A stretch of DNA of 45,086 nucleotides, from NCBI GenBank assembly GCA_030747675.1, contig JASLKH010000010.1, forward strand, positions 1-45,086. The letters run 5' to 3'. The DNA comes from Candidatus Thalassarchaeaceae archaeon. Its GTDB lineage: Archaea > Thermoplasmatota > Poseidoniia > Poseidoniales > Thalassarchaeaceae. Under the pieces are notes generated by a model. It did not search any database, was not told the origin of the DNA, and saw only the letters and a program-made list of their open reading frames with translations. Of this stretch, positions 29,007 to 38,569 are shown one piece after another (position 1 is the stretch's first letter; the number at the start of each line of letters is the position of its first letter). The position numbers were made by a program, and so were the translations under genes.

Positions 29007-31099
29007 TCTTCTTCACCCCCATTATTGGCCCACGACATAATGTCGTTAGGATTACTAGGTTTTTCTTCAACCTCTTCTTCAGTTCCTTCCGTATCACCAT
29101 CTTCAACTACATCATCATCTGTAATTTCTTCTTCTTTTCTTGAAATTCCTACTTCTTCTTCACGTAGCATTTCTGCTAAAATAGTCTCGTCCAATTTGGT
29201 AGCTCCTATCATCTCTCCAGCCCCACGGTAGAAGATTTCAGCATCATTCCAATCTCCTTTAGACAAGCCTTTAACTACAAACTCAACAGTTGTATTTTCA
29301 CCAGGTTCTAATGTGTCAAGTTTCCATGCCCAAAGCCCCTTCGCTTCTCTCTTCCCACCTCTATCATTCTGAATCATTTCAACACCTTCTCGTTCAGGCC
29401 ATGTTGAAAGAACAGTATATGCTCGGGATCTTGCTGTATAGTTGAAAACCTGAATAGTCGCTTTATTTGCCTTCAAATCGCTATCCCATTCGACTGAGTC
29501 TTCGCAAAATACAGCATTCATAATTTGAGTAATCACTGGTTCTAATGGAACAGGGTCTTCTTTCAGAATAGCAATAGTTTTGTCATGTATTTCAGGTAAA
29601 ATGACATTTACAAGTTCAAATTTTTCTTGTGCTTTTTTCTTCTGAGCACTTTTCTTCAAGTGATTCCTAAGGCCCCGACCGACTTCTAACATCGCAAGCC
29701 GTATTTCTTCAAAAACTTCGGAATTATCTGCAACGGCTTCTTTGGCTTCACTTGTGAATTGCACATTTGTACTTGCTAAATGAATCAATATTGCAGCAGG
29801 ACCTTTTGGTAACCCCCTACCTCCTGGATGATCTAAGCCGTAAGTTTTCCATTTTACAGACTCAAGTGCTTTTGTTAGAATACAACCACCTTGTTGATAC
29901 ATCAAAGGAACACGATTGGCAAATCTTAGTACTTGTACAGGTTGGTCACCGGCCAAATCACCTCCGAAAATTAACCCTACTTCGATTTGAAATGGGTTCC
30001 CAGTCGAGACCCTAGGCTCCCTTGTTACGGTAGATACGAACCTAGAATCAATTGCCTTTGAAAGACCTTTTTTGATTAACAAATCTTCAATTGGAGACAA
30101 ACAATCGGTTGCAGGGCCAGGCATTTTGACGGAACCAAATGTAGCCAGTAATGTGTTGACTTCATCTGGCTTTAGACTATTTGGCATTCTTTTAGAACTC
30201 AGCCCCGCCTTTTCAATAATAGATTCACATTTTGAATTACTTAACCCCGAGAATGTGTGACGTAGGAAAAACCTCAGTGGTGTGCGAACACCTTCACCTT
30301 CTGATGGGATATTGGCATCACGCAACAATCGTTGCAAAGTTCCAATTTCTAAACCATGGGGGTGCGGTTTTATTTCCTTAACAGGCCGAGGTAATTGATC
30401 AGTCACACGTGGCCAACATTCTTCTTCAATGAGTTTACCATCTTCATCACATACTTTGAATGATATCGTAGCATGTGGATTTACAATGCTAGTCATCTTC
30501 AAATATTGATGAACAGATTGCTTCCCTCGTTGATATTTCGCCTTCATTCGCGCTTCAACACGTACGCCGTGCTCAATAACTTGCATTGTTTCTTCATCAG
30601 TCCAATGAATTCTTTTTTGATTTGTTTTGATGGCTTTATTTTTCTTGGTATCTAGGCCAATATCAACGCTAATTGCAGTTGCCTCTTTTGCAATTTTCGA
30701 AATTACTTTGGTTGGTTTCCCAGTAGTTAATTGGCTATACATCACAACTCCAGTTATACCAATTCCTTGCTGACCTCTTGTCTGACGGATCGTGTGAAAT
30801 CTTGAACCAAATAGCAAAGATCCAAACACTTTATCGATTGATTTTTGCGGAATCCCCGGACCATTGTCCTGACTAATCATCAACAATTCATCCTTTTTCC
30901 CCTTAATTTTTTTAATTTCAATTTTTATTTCAGGCAAAATCCGATGTTCTTCCGCAGCATCCAAGGAGTTATCGACAGATTCCTTTACAGCTGTTATGAT
31001 GGACCGTGGTAGTGTATCGAATCCTAGAAAATGCTTATTTTTCTCAAAAAATTCACTGATACTTGCTTGTTGCATTGAACTTCGAGAAGACCTTGCCAT
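29003..31099 (-). CDS. top6B: DNA topoisomerase VI subunit B
   Basis: SISEFFEKN..LGF, ESVDNSLDA, DNGPGI, GSRFH..RQTRGQQGIG GHKL motifs; KPHPHG; RFANRVPL.YQQGGC. ATG at 31099; ATGA overlap with top6A. Confidence 0.97.
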   Translation of the reverse strand: MARSSRSSMQQASISEFFEKNKHFLGFDTLPRSIITAVKESVDNSLDAAEEHRILPEIKIEIKKIKGKKDELLMISQDNGPGIPQKSIDKVFGSLLFGSRFHTIRQTRGQQGIGITGVVMYSQLTTGKPTKVISKIAKEATAISVDIGLDTKKNKAIKTNQKRIHWTDEETMQVIEHGVRVEARMKAKYQRGKQSVHQYLKMTSIVNPHATISFKVCDEDGKLIEEECWPRVTDQLPRPVKEIKPHPHGLEIGTLQRLLRDANIPSEGEGVRTPLRFFLRHTFSGLSNSKCESIIEKAGLSSKRMPNSLKPDEVNTLLATFGSVKMPGPATDCLSPIEDLLIKKGLSKAIDSRFVSTVTREPRVSTGNPFQIEVGLIFGGDLAGDQPVQVLRFANRVPLMYQQGGCILTKALESVKWKTYGLDHPGGRGLPKGPAAILIHLASTNVQFTSEAKEAVADNSEVFEEIRLAMLEVGRGLRNHLKKSAQKKKAQEKFELVNVILPEIHDKTIAILKEDPVPLEPVITQIMNAVFCEDSVEWDSDLKANKATIQVFNYTARSRAYTVLSTWPEREGVEMIQNDRGGKREAKGLWAWKLDTLEPGENTTVEFVVKGLSKGDWNDAEIFYRGAGEMIGATKLDETILAEMLREEEVGISRKEEEITDDDVVEDGDTEGTEEEVEEKPSNPNDIMSWANNGGEEE

Positions 31100-31228
31100 T
31101 TTCATCGCACTCCACAGCATCAGGTCCTCCCTCACGCCGAATGCGGAGGGGCCGGCAAGCCGTAAATCGCTCGGGTGGCAAGGGGGCGTATAAGCCTCAA
31201 GGTTGAGATGCAATTAATGATTGCAAAA

Positions 31229-31933
31229 TCAACTCATATTTTCAACGCCAATAATGGTTTCAAGTCGACTACGAGCCTTCTTATCAATCCAAACAATTCC
31301 CCAGATAGTAATAATCAAACTAACGAGGATAGAAATCCACCACATAGAATCCCGTTCAGGCCCCCCACCATCTAACACTACCACAATATCTCCTAATTTC
31401 GCTCCCCACCATGCGTAAAGTATGGTTGGGAATACTGTAGCAACATTACCAATTGCATAATCTCTTGTTCGGATTCTAGTGGCTCCAATCACCCAATTCA
31501 CAAAATTGTAAGGAATAACTAGAGAGAGCCGAATTAATACAGTCAGAGTTAACCCTTCTTCTTCAGCGACGGAATCAAATGCTTTCCATAACGGCTTTGA
31601 ATCAATCCAACTTCTTGCTTTCGAAACACCCAATTTCCTTACGATCAAAAATGGAATCATCGCACCCAACCAAGCACCCAGCCATCCAGCCATTAATCCA
31701 CCAGTGAACCCAAACATAGCACCAGCAGTCAATTTCATCAGAGAAGATGGCACCATTAAAGTTGCAGCAATTCCGAATAAGCATGCGAAAACGAGTGGCC
31801 CTTTCCATGCCCCTAGATCTTGTAGTGGAGCACTGGCTTGCCCGATAATAATAGCCAATGGCCCCAATAATATTGTATATATTACAAATAAAATTACAAT
31901 TATGGTAATAAATTTCACTCGGTTATTTGCCAA
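31229..31933 (-). CDS. TVP38/TMEM64 (VTT/DedA-domain) membrane protein
   Basis: LMVPSSLMKLTAGAMFGFTGG...GA...FLI.R, LIRLSLVIPYNFVNWVIG.T......Y..G. Confidence 0.88.
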   Translation of the reverse strand: MANNRVKFITIIVILFVIYTILLGPLAIIIGQASAPLQDLGAWKGPLVFACLFGIAATLMVPSSLMKLTAGAMFGFTGGLMAGWLGAWLGAMIPFLIVRKLGVSKARSWIDSKPLWKAFDSVAEEEGLTLTVLIRLSLVIPYNFVNWVIGATRIRTRDYAIGNVATVFPTILYAWWGAKLGDIVVVLDGGGPERDSMWWISILVSLIITIWGIVWIDKKARSRLETIIGVENMS

Positions 31934-31942
31934 ATTAACACC

Positions 31943-33934
31943 TTAGCAGAATAGATCTTCACGCCATGCGGTAATTTTGCCAGTAAATGCACTGGCCATC
32001 ACAGTCAAGGGACTAGCCAAGTAAAGTCTCCCTGGGCCGGATCGTCCTTGGAAGTTACGATTGATTGCAGATATTGAAACTTGACTTCTATCATTGGAGA
32101 CACCGGGGCCAGCCCCAATGCAAGCACCACAGCCTGGGTCAATGAGTGTTATTCCAGCGGTTTCAAACAGGTCAGACCACCCCATTTTCTGTGAAAGTTC
32201 TTTCACTGATTTAGAACCAAATTGAATGTAGCATTCAACATCATTAGGAATTTTGAGACCGGCGGCGAGGGCGGCTTTGGTTACTTTAGCGTAATATGCA
32301 AAATCATCATCTTTCCCTGCAGTACATGAACCAGCATATGCGATATCAATTTTCACATCTCCAATATCGGATATATATGCGCCATTAGTTGGATCAGAGG
32401 GCACACCTTCATCGGGGTTTCCGGGATGTGCAACCATTGGACGAATTTCATTGAGGTTAATTATATGGATTCCACCATCGTAGTGGGCATCATGATCGGG
32501 AACAACAAATGCACTCCTGATCATTTCTTCAGTCAAATCATCTCGGCGAGAAAGTAGCCATTCCACAGTTTTGTCATCAGGATCGCAAATACCAGTTTTT
32601 GCACTACACTCAGTAGCCATATTACACAAAGTAGCTCTTTCATCCATTGAAAGGGAAGCGAGGCCAGGTCCACCGAATTCCATAGATCTGTCAAGAGTGT
32701 CAGATTGTTTTGCATAGCGCCATAGGATGTGGAGTATCACATCCTTCGCAGTACAACCAGGGTCAAGTGAACCCGTTAATTCAAAACGAATACTCTCTGG
32801 AACCTTCACGAAAGCAAATTGATTGTGAACTAAGTTTGCATATTCGGTGGAACCAACCCCATATGTTAGTGCATTTGATGCACCTCCCATGCAAGTGTGA
32901 CTATCTGTTGCTTGGATAAAGTCACCAACATCAATGAATTCTTCACGAGCGACTTGGTGACAAATACCAGGGCTAACACCCTCCTTTGCAGAATAATCAC
33001 GAACCCCAGTATGCCTTTGGAATGCGACTTGTAAATCTCTTAACATCTGAATTTTTTCTTCAAAGGGGCCAAACCGAGGGACTCCGGTGGCATACAGAAG
33101 ATGGTCCTCAAAAACTGCAAATTTAGGTGGGTTTGGTAGAGTGTAATTTTCACCATATTCTGCAGATAGGAAATTATGGACTTGAGCAGTTGTAAACTCA
33201 TGACTGTAACCACCATCCACAGTTGCAAGAACAGCATCTCCTGGTCGTACGTAGCACTTTTGACCTTCTGAACCAATCAGTTTTCTAGCCACAATTTTCT
33301 CAACCATTGTCATGGATCGAGTGTGAGTAGAAACAGGAGGTAAATTGATTTCACCTTCTTTCAATTTCTTGGCAAAGGGCAGGATGCCCCCATTTTCAAG
33401 AATTAAGCGAGTCACAGGGTCATATTGCTTGGTAAATTCCGATAGAGGAATAGAATCACCCCTTTGCATTCTTTCTAATATATCGTGACTCCCCATTACT
33501 TGACCGAGATTAATGTTATTTCTTTCATGAATTGGGGCAAAAGAAGCTGCTATGACTATTCTAATTCCGGACCAGCGTTCACATTGAGGAGCCGTCTCTC
33601 GACTGCTTCCTGTGCCCTTACGGTGCCCACTCACTATGACCTCAAATCCCCCATTTTTTAGTGCACCAGGACGAAACACGCGTTCGCCTTCGTGGATAAG
33701 GCCCGCATAGGCATTTTCAGCAATTTTCCTAGGTTCATGATCAAAACAAACCCAAGCAGGTGTCATAACATCAGTATTAATGTCGTCCAGAAGATCATCA
33801 ATAGTTAATTCCGACATTTGTAAATTTAGATTTTCATATAATTGCTGCTTAATTAAGTCTAAATTTTTGGTCAAGAAAAGCACTCGTTTTCCAGGAGTCA
33901 ATGAGATTAATTGGCGTGGCCACATTTCATCCAT
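31943..33934 (-). CDS. Aconitase-family [4Fe-4S] hydratase with swivel (LeuD-like) domain fused N-terminally to the LeuC-like domain
   Basis: N-terminal INTD and GTGSSRE...SFAPIHERNNINLG; C-terminal GICHQV, DSHTC, AGSCT and PGCGACIG Fe-S ligands, NRNFQGRSG, LASP. Confidence 0.9.
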   Translation of the reverse strand: MDEMWPRQLISLTPGKRVLFLTKNLDLIKQQLYENLNLQMSELTIDDLLDDINTDVMTPAWVCFDHEPRKIAENAYAGLIHEGERVFRPGALKNGGFEVIVSGHRKGTGSSRETAPQCERWSGIRIVIAASFAPIHERNNINLGQVMGSHDILERMQRGDSIPLSEFTKQYDPVTRLILENGGILPFAKKLKEGEINLPPVSTHTRSMTMVEKIVARKLIGSEGQKCYVRPGDAVLATVDGGYSHEFTTAQVHNFLSAEYGENYTLPNPPKFAVFEDHLLYATGVPRFGPFEEKIQMLRDLQVAFQRHTGVRDYSAKEGVSPGICHQVAREEFIDVGDFIQATDSHTCMGGASNALTYGVGSTEYANLVHNQFAFVKVPESIRFELTGSLDPGCTAKDVILHILWRYAKQSDTLDRSMEFGGPGLASLSMDERATLCNMATECSAKTGICDPDDKTVEWLLSRRDDLTEEMIRSAFVVPDHDAHYDGGIHIINLNEIRPMVAHPGNPDEGVPSDPTNGAYISDIGDVKIDIAYAGSCTAGKDDDFAYYAKVTKAALAAGLKIPNDVECYIQFGSKSVKELSQKMGWSDLFETAGITLIDPGCGACIGAGPGVSNDRSQVSISAINRNFQGRSGPGRLYLASPLTVMASAFTGKITAWREDLFC

Positions 33935-34060
33935 ACAGAGTCACCAGTCTCTAAGACAAATTCGACCACAACGAGGGGCTATATGACCGTTAGCAAATAG
34001 GTATGGCCAAAAAAACCCTACAGAGACCTTGGAAAAACCCTCTAAACCCAATCCATCAAG

Positions 34061-34068
34061 TTTAAATA
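34061..34068 (+). promoter_or_regulatory. TATA box of tfb
   Basis: Consensus TTTAAATA about 60 nt upstream of the ATG, with a purine-rich SD (GAAGGGGGGA) in the leader. Confidence 0.65.
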
Positions 34069-34130
34069 GCATTTCAGTTCGGAAAAAATCACTTCTTCCA
34101 AACTAATTGGGCTGAAGGGGGGATGAATAA

Positions 34131-35060
34131 ATGAGTGAAGACGCACAGGTAGAGGACATTGTAAAATGTCCAGAATGTAATTCAAGGAATCTTGAAAGAG
34201 ACGAAACAAGAGGCGAATTAGTTTGCCAAGATTGTGGGCTAGTTCTCGAAGACAATGTGATTGATCAGGGCGCTGAATGGCGAGTTTTCAGTCCAGAACA
34301 GGGTGATCAAAGAGCACGCACAGGTGCCCCTATGACAGTCATGTTACATGACAAGGGATTGTCAACAGATATTGATTGGCAGAATAAAGATTATTCAGGT
34401 AAAACCATCAATAGTCGATACCGCTCACAATTTTACCGAATGCGAAAGTGGCAAAAGAGGAGCCGTGTGAGTAATGCTACTGAGCGTAACCTTGCAATGG
34501 CTCTAGCAGAATTAGATCGTATGGCAAGCCGTTTAGAATTACCTAAATCAGTTAGAGAAGCAGCAGCTGTAAATTACAAGAAAGCAGTCGAAAAGCGCTT
34601 GATTCGTGGACGCTCAATAGAAGGTGTTGCAGCAGCCAGCTTGTATGCAGCCTGCCGCCAATGCGGTGTTCCAAGGACGCTTGATGAAATAGGCCAAGCA
34701 AGTCGCACAGGTCGAAAAGAAATAGGCCGCACATATCGGTTTATGGTTCGAGAATTAAAGATGAAAATCATGCCTACAGGACCAGAAGATTATATTTCAC
34801 GATTTTGCAGCGGATTGGGACTTGACGCGGAAGTCGAAGCCAAGGCATACGAATTGATCAAGGCTGCTCAGGAAAAGGAACTGACAAGTGGTCGTGGACC
34901 AACAGGAATTGCAGCATCAATCATTTACATTGCAAGTGTTCTTTGTGGAAAGAGACGTACTCAAAGAGAGGTGGCTGAAGTGGCAGGAGTTACTGAAGTA
35001 ACAATCAGGAATCGATACAAGGAACTTATTCAAAACTTGAATATCGAACTTGACATCTGA
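34131..35060 (+). CDS. tfb: Transcription initiation factor IIB
   Basis: CPEC...C..CG zinc ribbon, [15 protein letters not shown]...HDKGLST, two cyclin repeats, [21 protein letters not shown]. Confidence 0.98.
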   Translation: MSEDAQVEDIVKCPECNSRNLERDETRGELVCQDCGLVLEDNVIDQGAEWRVFSPEQGDQRARTGAPMTVMLHDKGLSTDIDWQNKDYSGKTINSRYRSQFYRMRKWQKRSRVSNATERNLAMALAELDRMASRLELPKSVREAAAVNYKKAVEKRLIRGRSIEGVAAASLYAACRQCGVPRTLDEIGQASRTGRKEIGRTYRFMVRELKMKIMPTGPEDYISRFCSGLGLDAEVEAKAYELIKAAQEKELTSGRGPTGIAASIIYIASVLCGKRRTQREVAEVAGVTEVTIRNRYKELIQNLNIELDI

Positions 35061-35086
35061 GTGTAACCTCGATACGAGGTCGTTGA

Positions 35087-36460
35087 ATGGATTGGCGAGA
35101 ACAAACTCGACTGTCTCAGAGGCTTTTCGAAAAAACTCGTGAGGCATTGCAGATTGCAATGATACGAGGTACAACAGATTGGCCTTTACCTGAACCACCA
35201 TTGTCAGACCCCGACTTTCCAGTTTTGATACCTGATGATTCAGAACGATTGAATCAAATGGCAGTTGCATTACTTGAGGCAAATCGTGCTGCTTTCGATC
35301 GTGATTTGGAAAAGATCGGCGAATCGTTAATCCCTCATCGATTATCATTGAGTGCAGATCCTGCAAGAGAGGGCCGCAAATGGTTAGAACGACGAGGCAA
35401 CGAAGTAACTGAACGAGCTTTGTATATGCGATTAGAAACTTTACTTACTCAGGCACTTGATGAAGATGCCCCAGACGCAGATCGTTGGTGGGTTGCAATA
35501 GCTTTACTCAATGGGTTATCAGCGAATGATAGTCCGATATCACGTCAGCAAGGTTATCATCTGATGGAAAGTATTGCATTAGCAAGAAAACCAGGTGCAT
35601 GGCATGGTGGCGCCACTCCCGGGCCACATTTGGTGGATTGGAGTGATAATTCAAGTAGTGAAATGAAAAAGGTAGAATCTCACCCTGGCGGTGTTTTTGC
35701 TGCTGGATGGTTGTTAGATCGAATGGAAGAGGCAGATCCACCACGACCTGTACTTGTTGAATGGTTGAATTTAGCCCTAGCACGTGGGACTTTAGTTCAA
35801 CCACTTACAATATTATCCAGATTAAATCGAATGTCAAGCGATGGCGACCCAATTCTTGCTAGTAGGATAGCCTCATTGCTCCCACGCTCATATGATTTTG
35901 ACTTTGATGGTGCAGTAAAGTTGGAAAAAACATTACTTTCAAGAGAAACCAATGTTCGGTGCGCGGTCGCTGGGGCCCTGGATGAGATCATCCATCGTCG
36001 CGGGACCTCCGCGTTTCAATTGTTAGACCAATTGTTGAATGATTCAGCACCTGAAGTTGTGCGAATTGCAGTGAATTCCCTACGTCTATGTTTTGCATTA
36101 GACCCAGTTGGTGTAAGTAAGCGCAGTTTACAGGTTGCAACACATCCCGATATTGATATTAGAAGACAATTTACACAAATGGTACTTCGAGATTATATTC
36201 AGCAAAATCCACAGGATGACTTAGGACTAACAACTTCTTTGTGGTTAGATGGTGATGAAATAATACGTACACGTGTTAGAGAATTATTACTTCACATGGT
36301 CGATGAACGCCCTACCGACCTATCAATAATTCTCAAGCGCATATATTCTAGTGGAGATAGAGATGTTTTAGTTGATTTTTGGCGTGTTTTGTCTGTACGC
36401 TCAGAATCCTCTGCAATTAATTGGCGTTTACATATTGAGGAAAACTCGCCCAGACCCTGA
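35087..36460 (+). CDS. HEAT/ARM-repeat-like hypothetical protein
   Basis: Helical repeats in the C-half (NVRCAVAGAL, LLNDSAPEVVRIAV, HPDIDIRR, DEIIRTRV). Confidence 0.7.
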   Translation: MDWREQTRLSQRLFEKTREALQIAMIRGTTDWPLPEPPLSDPDFPVLIPDDSERLNQMAVALLEANRAAFDRDLEKIGESLIPHRLSLSADPAREGRKWLERRGNEVTERALYMRLETLLTQALDEDAPDADRWWVAIALLNGLSANDSPISRQQGYHLMESIALARKPGAWHGGATPGPHLVDWSDNSSSEMKKVESHPGGVFAAGWLLDRMEEADPPRPVLVEWLNLALARGTLVQPLTILSRLNRMSSDGDPILASRIASLLPRSYDFDFDGAVKLEKTLLSRETNVRCAVAGALDEIIHRRGTSAFQLLDQLLNDSAPEVVRIAVNSLRLCFALDPVGVSKRSLQVATHPDIDIRRQFTQMVLRDYIQQNPQDDLGLTTSLWLDGDEIIRTRVRELLLHMVDERPTDLSIILKRIYSSGDRDVLVDFWRVLSVRSESSAINWRLHIEENSPRP

Positions 36461-36500
36461 AAGCGTTCATCATTTGAACCAGACTCTCCACCGAGTTCTC

Positions 36501-36920
36501 ATGGCGAACCAAAACCCTCCCCAATGGCGCCAACTCCTGGGCATTAGTATATTGCTAATATCACTTACATTCTTTCCGGGATGGGCACCAGCAGGACCAT
36601 GGGGCACTCCTTCTTTCACTCGTGGAATTGTAGGCTTGATTGGAGGTGGGCTGTTGTATCTCTCATGGTACAGGTACACCTTTGAAACCAAAGGAATTGT
36701 TCCAACAGTGATATTGTGGAGTAGTCCAAATAAATCGATTGGAGTACTTTCTGCACTTGGGATCGGGTTAGTATTTTTTTCAAGAGTAATTGGACATGAA
36801 GTGGATTTCGTTCCAGTTCCAATAGCCTTAATCATGGCCCTTGTTGGATTGTTAATGATTTTACTTTCGATATATGCATGGTTGGTAACAGAAGGGCCAT
36901 TACAGGATGAAGAAGAGTAA
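36501..36920 (+). CDS. Four-TM membrane protein
   Basis: Four hydrophobic segments and acidic end (LQDEEE). ATG 36501 avoids overlap with the upstream gene. Confidence 0.72.
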   Translation: MANQNPPQWRQLLGISILLISLTFFPGWAPAGPWGTPSFTRGIVGLIGGGLLYLSWYRYTFETKGIVPTVILWSSPNKSIGVLSALGIGLVFFSRVIGHEVDFVPVPIALIMALVGLLMILLSIYAWLVTEGPLQDEEE

Positions 36921-37472
36921 CTACCGCATTCCAGGTTTCCAAAATTGAAGTGGGAGTGGGTTTTCACCTATACCCGCCCTCCAAGCTAAGTGATCTGCCC
37001 TTTCATTCCATCGATGACCACGATGAGCCCGGACATGTTCACCAGATAACTCCCGAAGCCCACTTACTTCCCTCCACAAACTTTGCACACGTTCTGCCAA
37101 TTTCTTATTGGCCTTCGCCGTCCATTCACCTGTAGAGATTTTCAAGGCATATTGCGAGTCCCCACGAATCACTGTAGGAATATCCCCTCCTTCACTAAGC
37201 AACCATCGTAATGCATGTGCAAGTGCAGATAATTCTGCGGTGTTGTTGCTGCCAACTTCGGCACCCAACCAATTTGTATCAGTTGGGGCGGTAATCACTA
37301 ATCCAGATAATTCATTGATAACCCGACCATCTCCTTTACCTAATCCAGTATCTCCTTCAACTACAACAACCCCCCAACCAGCTGGAGTTTCAGCGGTAAC
37401 ATTTCGATTATCTTGGCAAGAGCCATCAAAGTAGAGGGTACACCGCTCACTGAGCGGTGTCTCTCTAGCCAC
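36921..37472 (-). CDS. rnhA: Ribonuclease HI (type 1 RNase H)
   Basis: YFDGSC (D), SNNTAELSA (E), GDSQYA (D), HVRAHRGHRWNERADHLA (H, D). GTG start at 37472, 4 nt after the gcvH stop. Confidence 0.9.
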   Translation of the reverse strand: MARETPLSERCTLYFDGSCQDNRNVTAETPAGWGVVVVEGDTGLGKGDGRVINELSGLVITAPTDTNWLGAEVGSNNTAELSALAHALRWLLSEGGDIPTVIRGDSQYALKISTGEWTAKANKKLAERVQSLWREVSGLRELSGEHVRAHRGHRWNERADHLAWRAGIGENPLPLQFWKPGMR

Positions 37473-37476
37473 GATA

Positions 37477-37860
37477 TCAGTCCCCAATAATCGTAGAATA
37501 ACTCGCAGCATCCAACAATGAATCTATTTCTCCAGTAGTTGAAATTTGAAATTTAGCAATCCATGCATCATATGCATTTTCATTAATCATTTCAGGTGCA
37601 TCTTGCAAGTCCTGATTTAATTCAAGTAATTCACCAGCTAATGGTGCGTATATTTCAGATACAGATTTAACAGATTCTACACTTGCGAATGAACCATTTT
37701 CCTTGATAAAATCCCCAACATCACTCAAGAATTCAACCCAAACAATATCTGTTAGGGCATTTTGTGCATAATCTGTAATTCCCACAGTTGCTACATTGCC
37801 TTCGATGTGAACCCATTCATGTTCTTTGGTATAGCGCAAGTTATCAGGTACATTCGACAT
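37477..37860 (-). CDS. gcvH: Glycine cleavage system H protein
   Basis: LRYTKEHEWV, VGITDYAQ.ALTDIV, VESVKSVSEIYAPLAG (lipoyl Lys), N.N.Y..WI. Confidence 0.96.
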   Translation of the reverse strand: MSNVPDNLRYTKEHEWVHIEGNVATVGITDYAQNALTDIVWVEFLSDVGDFIKENGSFASVESVKSVSEIYAPLAGELLELNQDLQDAPEMINENAYDAWIAKFQISTTGEIDSLLDAASYSTIIGD

Positions 37861-37951
37861 GTTTACTCAATACCCCGAAGGGAAAGTAGTGTCTCAATCT
37901 TTCGTTTTAGAAATCCGCATTATTGATAACACAACAGCCCCTCGGAGTAGC

Positions 37952-38569
37952 ATGAATTCTGATTTGCAACATATTTTACTCCACGAAACAATTGTCGTTA
38001 AACAAGAAGTTGAATTCACTAATGTGATACTAAATTTAGATGTTGGAAACCGATATAGTATCAACGATTCAAATGGAGAGCTGCTAGGCTATGCCGCAGA
38101 AGAAAAGAAAGGATTTGGAGGATTCTTACTCCGTCAATTGTTGAATAGTCGCCGTCCTTGCACAGTCCACATATTTGACAAACAAATGCAGGAAATAGCA
38201 GAAGGAAAGAAACCTTTCCGTTTCTATTTTTCTGAGATGTCAGCAAATGTTGGTGGCCAAACGTTGGGCCGCACACGTCGCCGATTTAAGATTCTCAAAC
38301 GCAGATATACAATTGAAGTACAAAATGCCATGCCATTTGAAATCGAAAGTAGCATATTCCAAATTGGAAAGTTGAAATTCACAGTATCTCGAAATGGTCA
38401 GGCTGTTGCCACAATTTCCAAGCACTGGGAAGGCGTGATGAAAGCGATGTTTACACAAGCCGATACTTTCTCAATACAATTCCATGATACAAATCTAACA
38501 TTAGAAGAACGAGCAACGCTATTATTCACGTTATTTTTGATTGATTACGATGTATTTGAGCAGAGATGA
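37952..38569 (+). CDS. Phospholipid scramblase / LURP-one (tubby C-like) family protein
   Basis: VKQEVE...GNRYSI, GYAAEE, RQLLNSRRPCT..I.D, KKPFRF, VA.ISKHWEG......T.ADTF.I.F.......ERATLL...FLIDY..FE. ATG 37952 follows GGAG. Confidence 0.82.
   Translation: MNSDLQHILLHETIVVKQEVEFTNVILNLDVGNRYSINDSNGELLGYAAEEKKGFGGFLLRQLLNSRRPCTVHIFDKQMQEIAEGKKPFRFYFSEMSANVGGQTLGRTRRRFKILKRRYTIEVQNAMPFEIESSIFQIGKLKFTVSRNGQAVATISKHWEGVMKAMFTQADTFSIQFHDTNLTLEERATLLFTLFLIDYDVFEQR

Noticed and set aside
31100-31213. N-terminal extension of Top6B (MHLNLEAY…)
   Set aside because: Family similarity begins near MARSS…SISEFF; the extension spans the probable promoter and leader.
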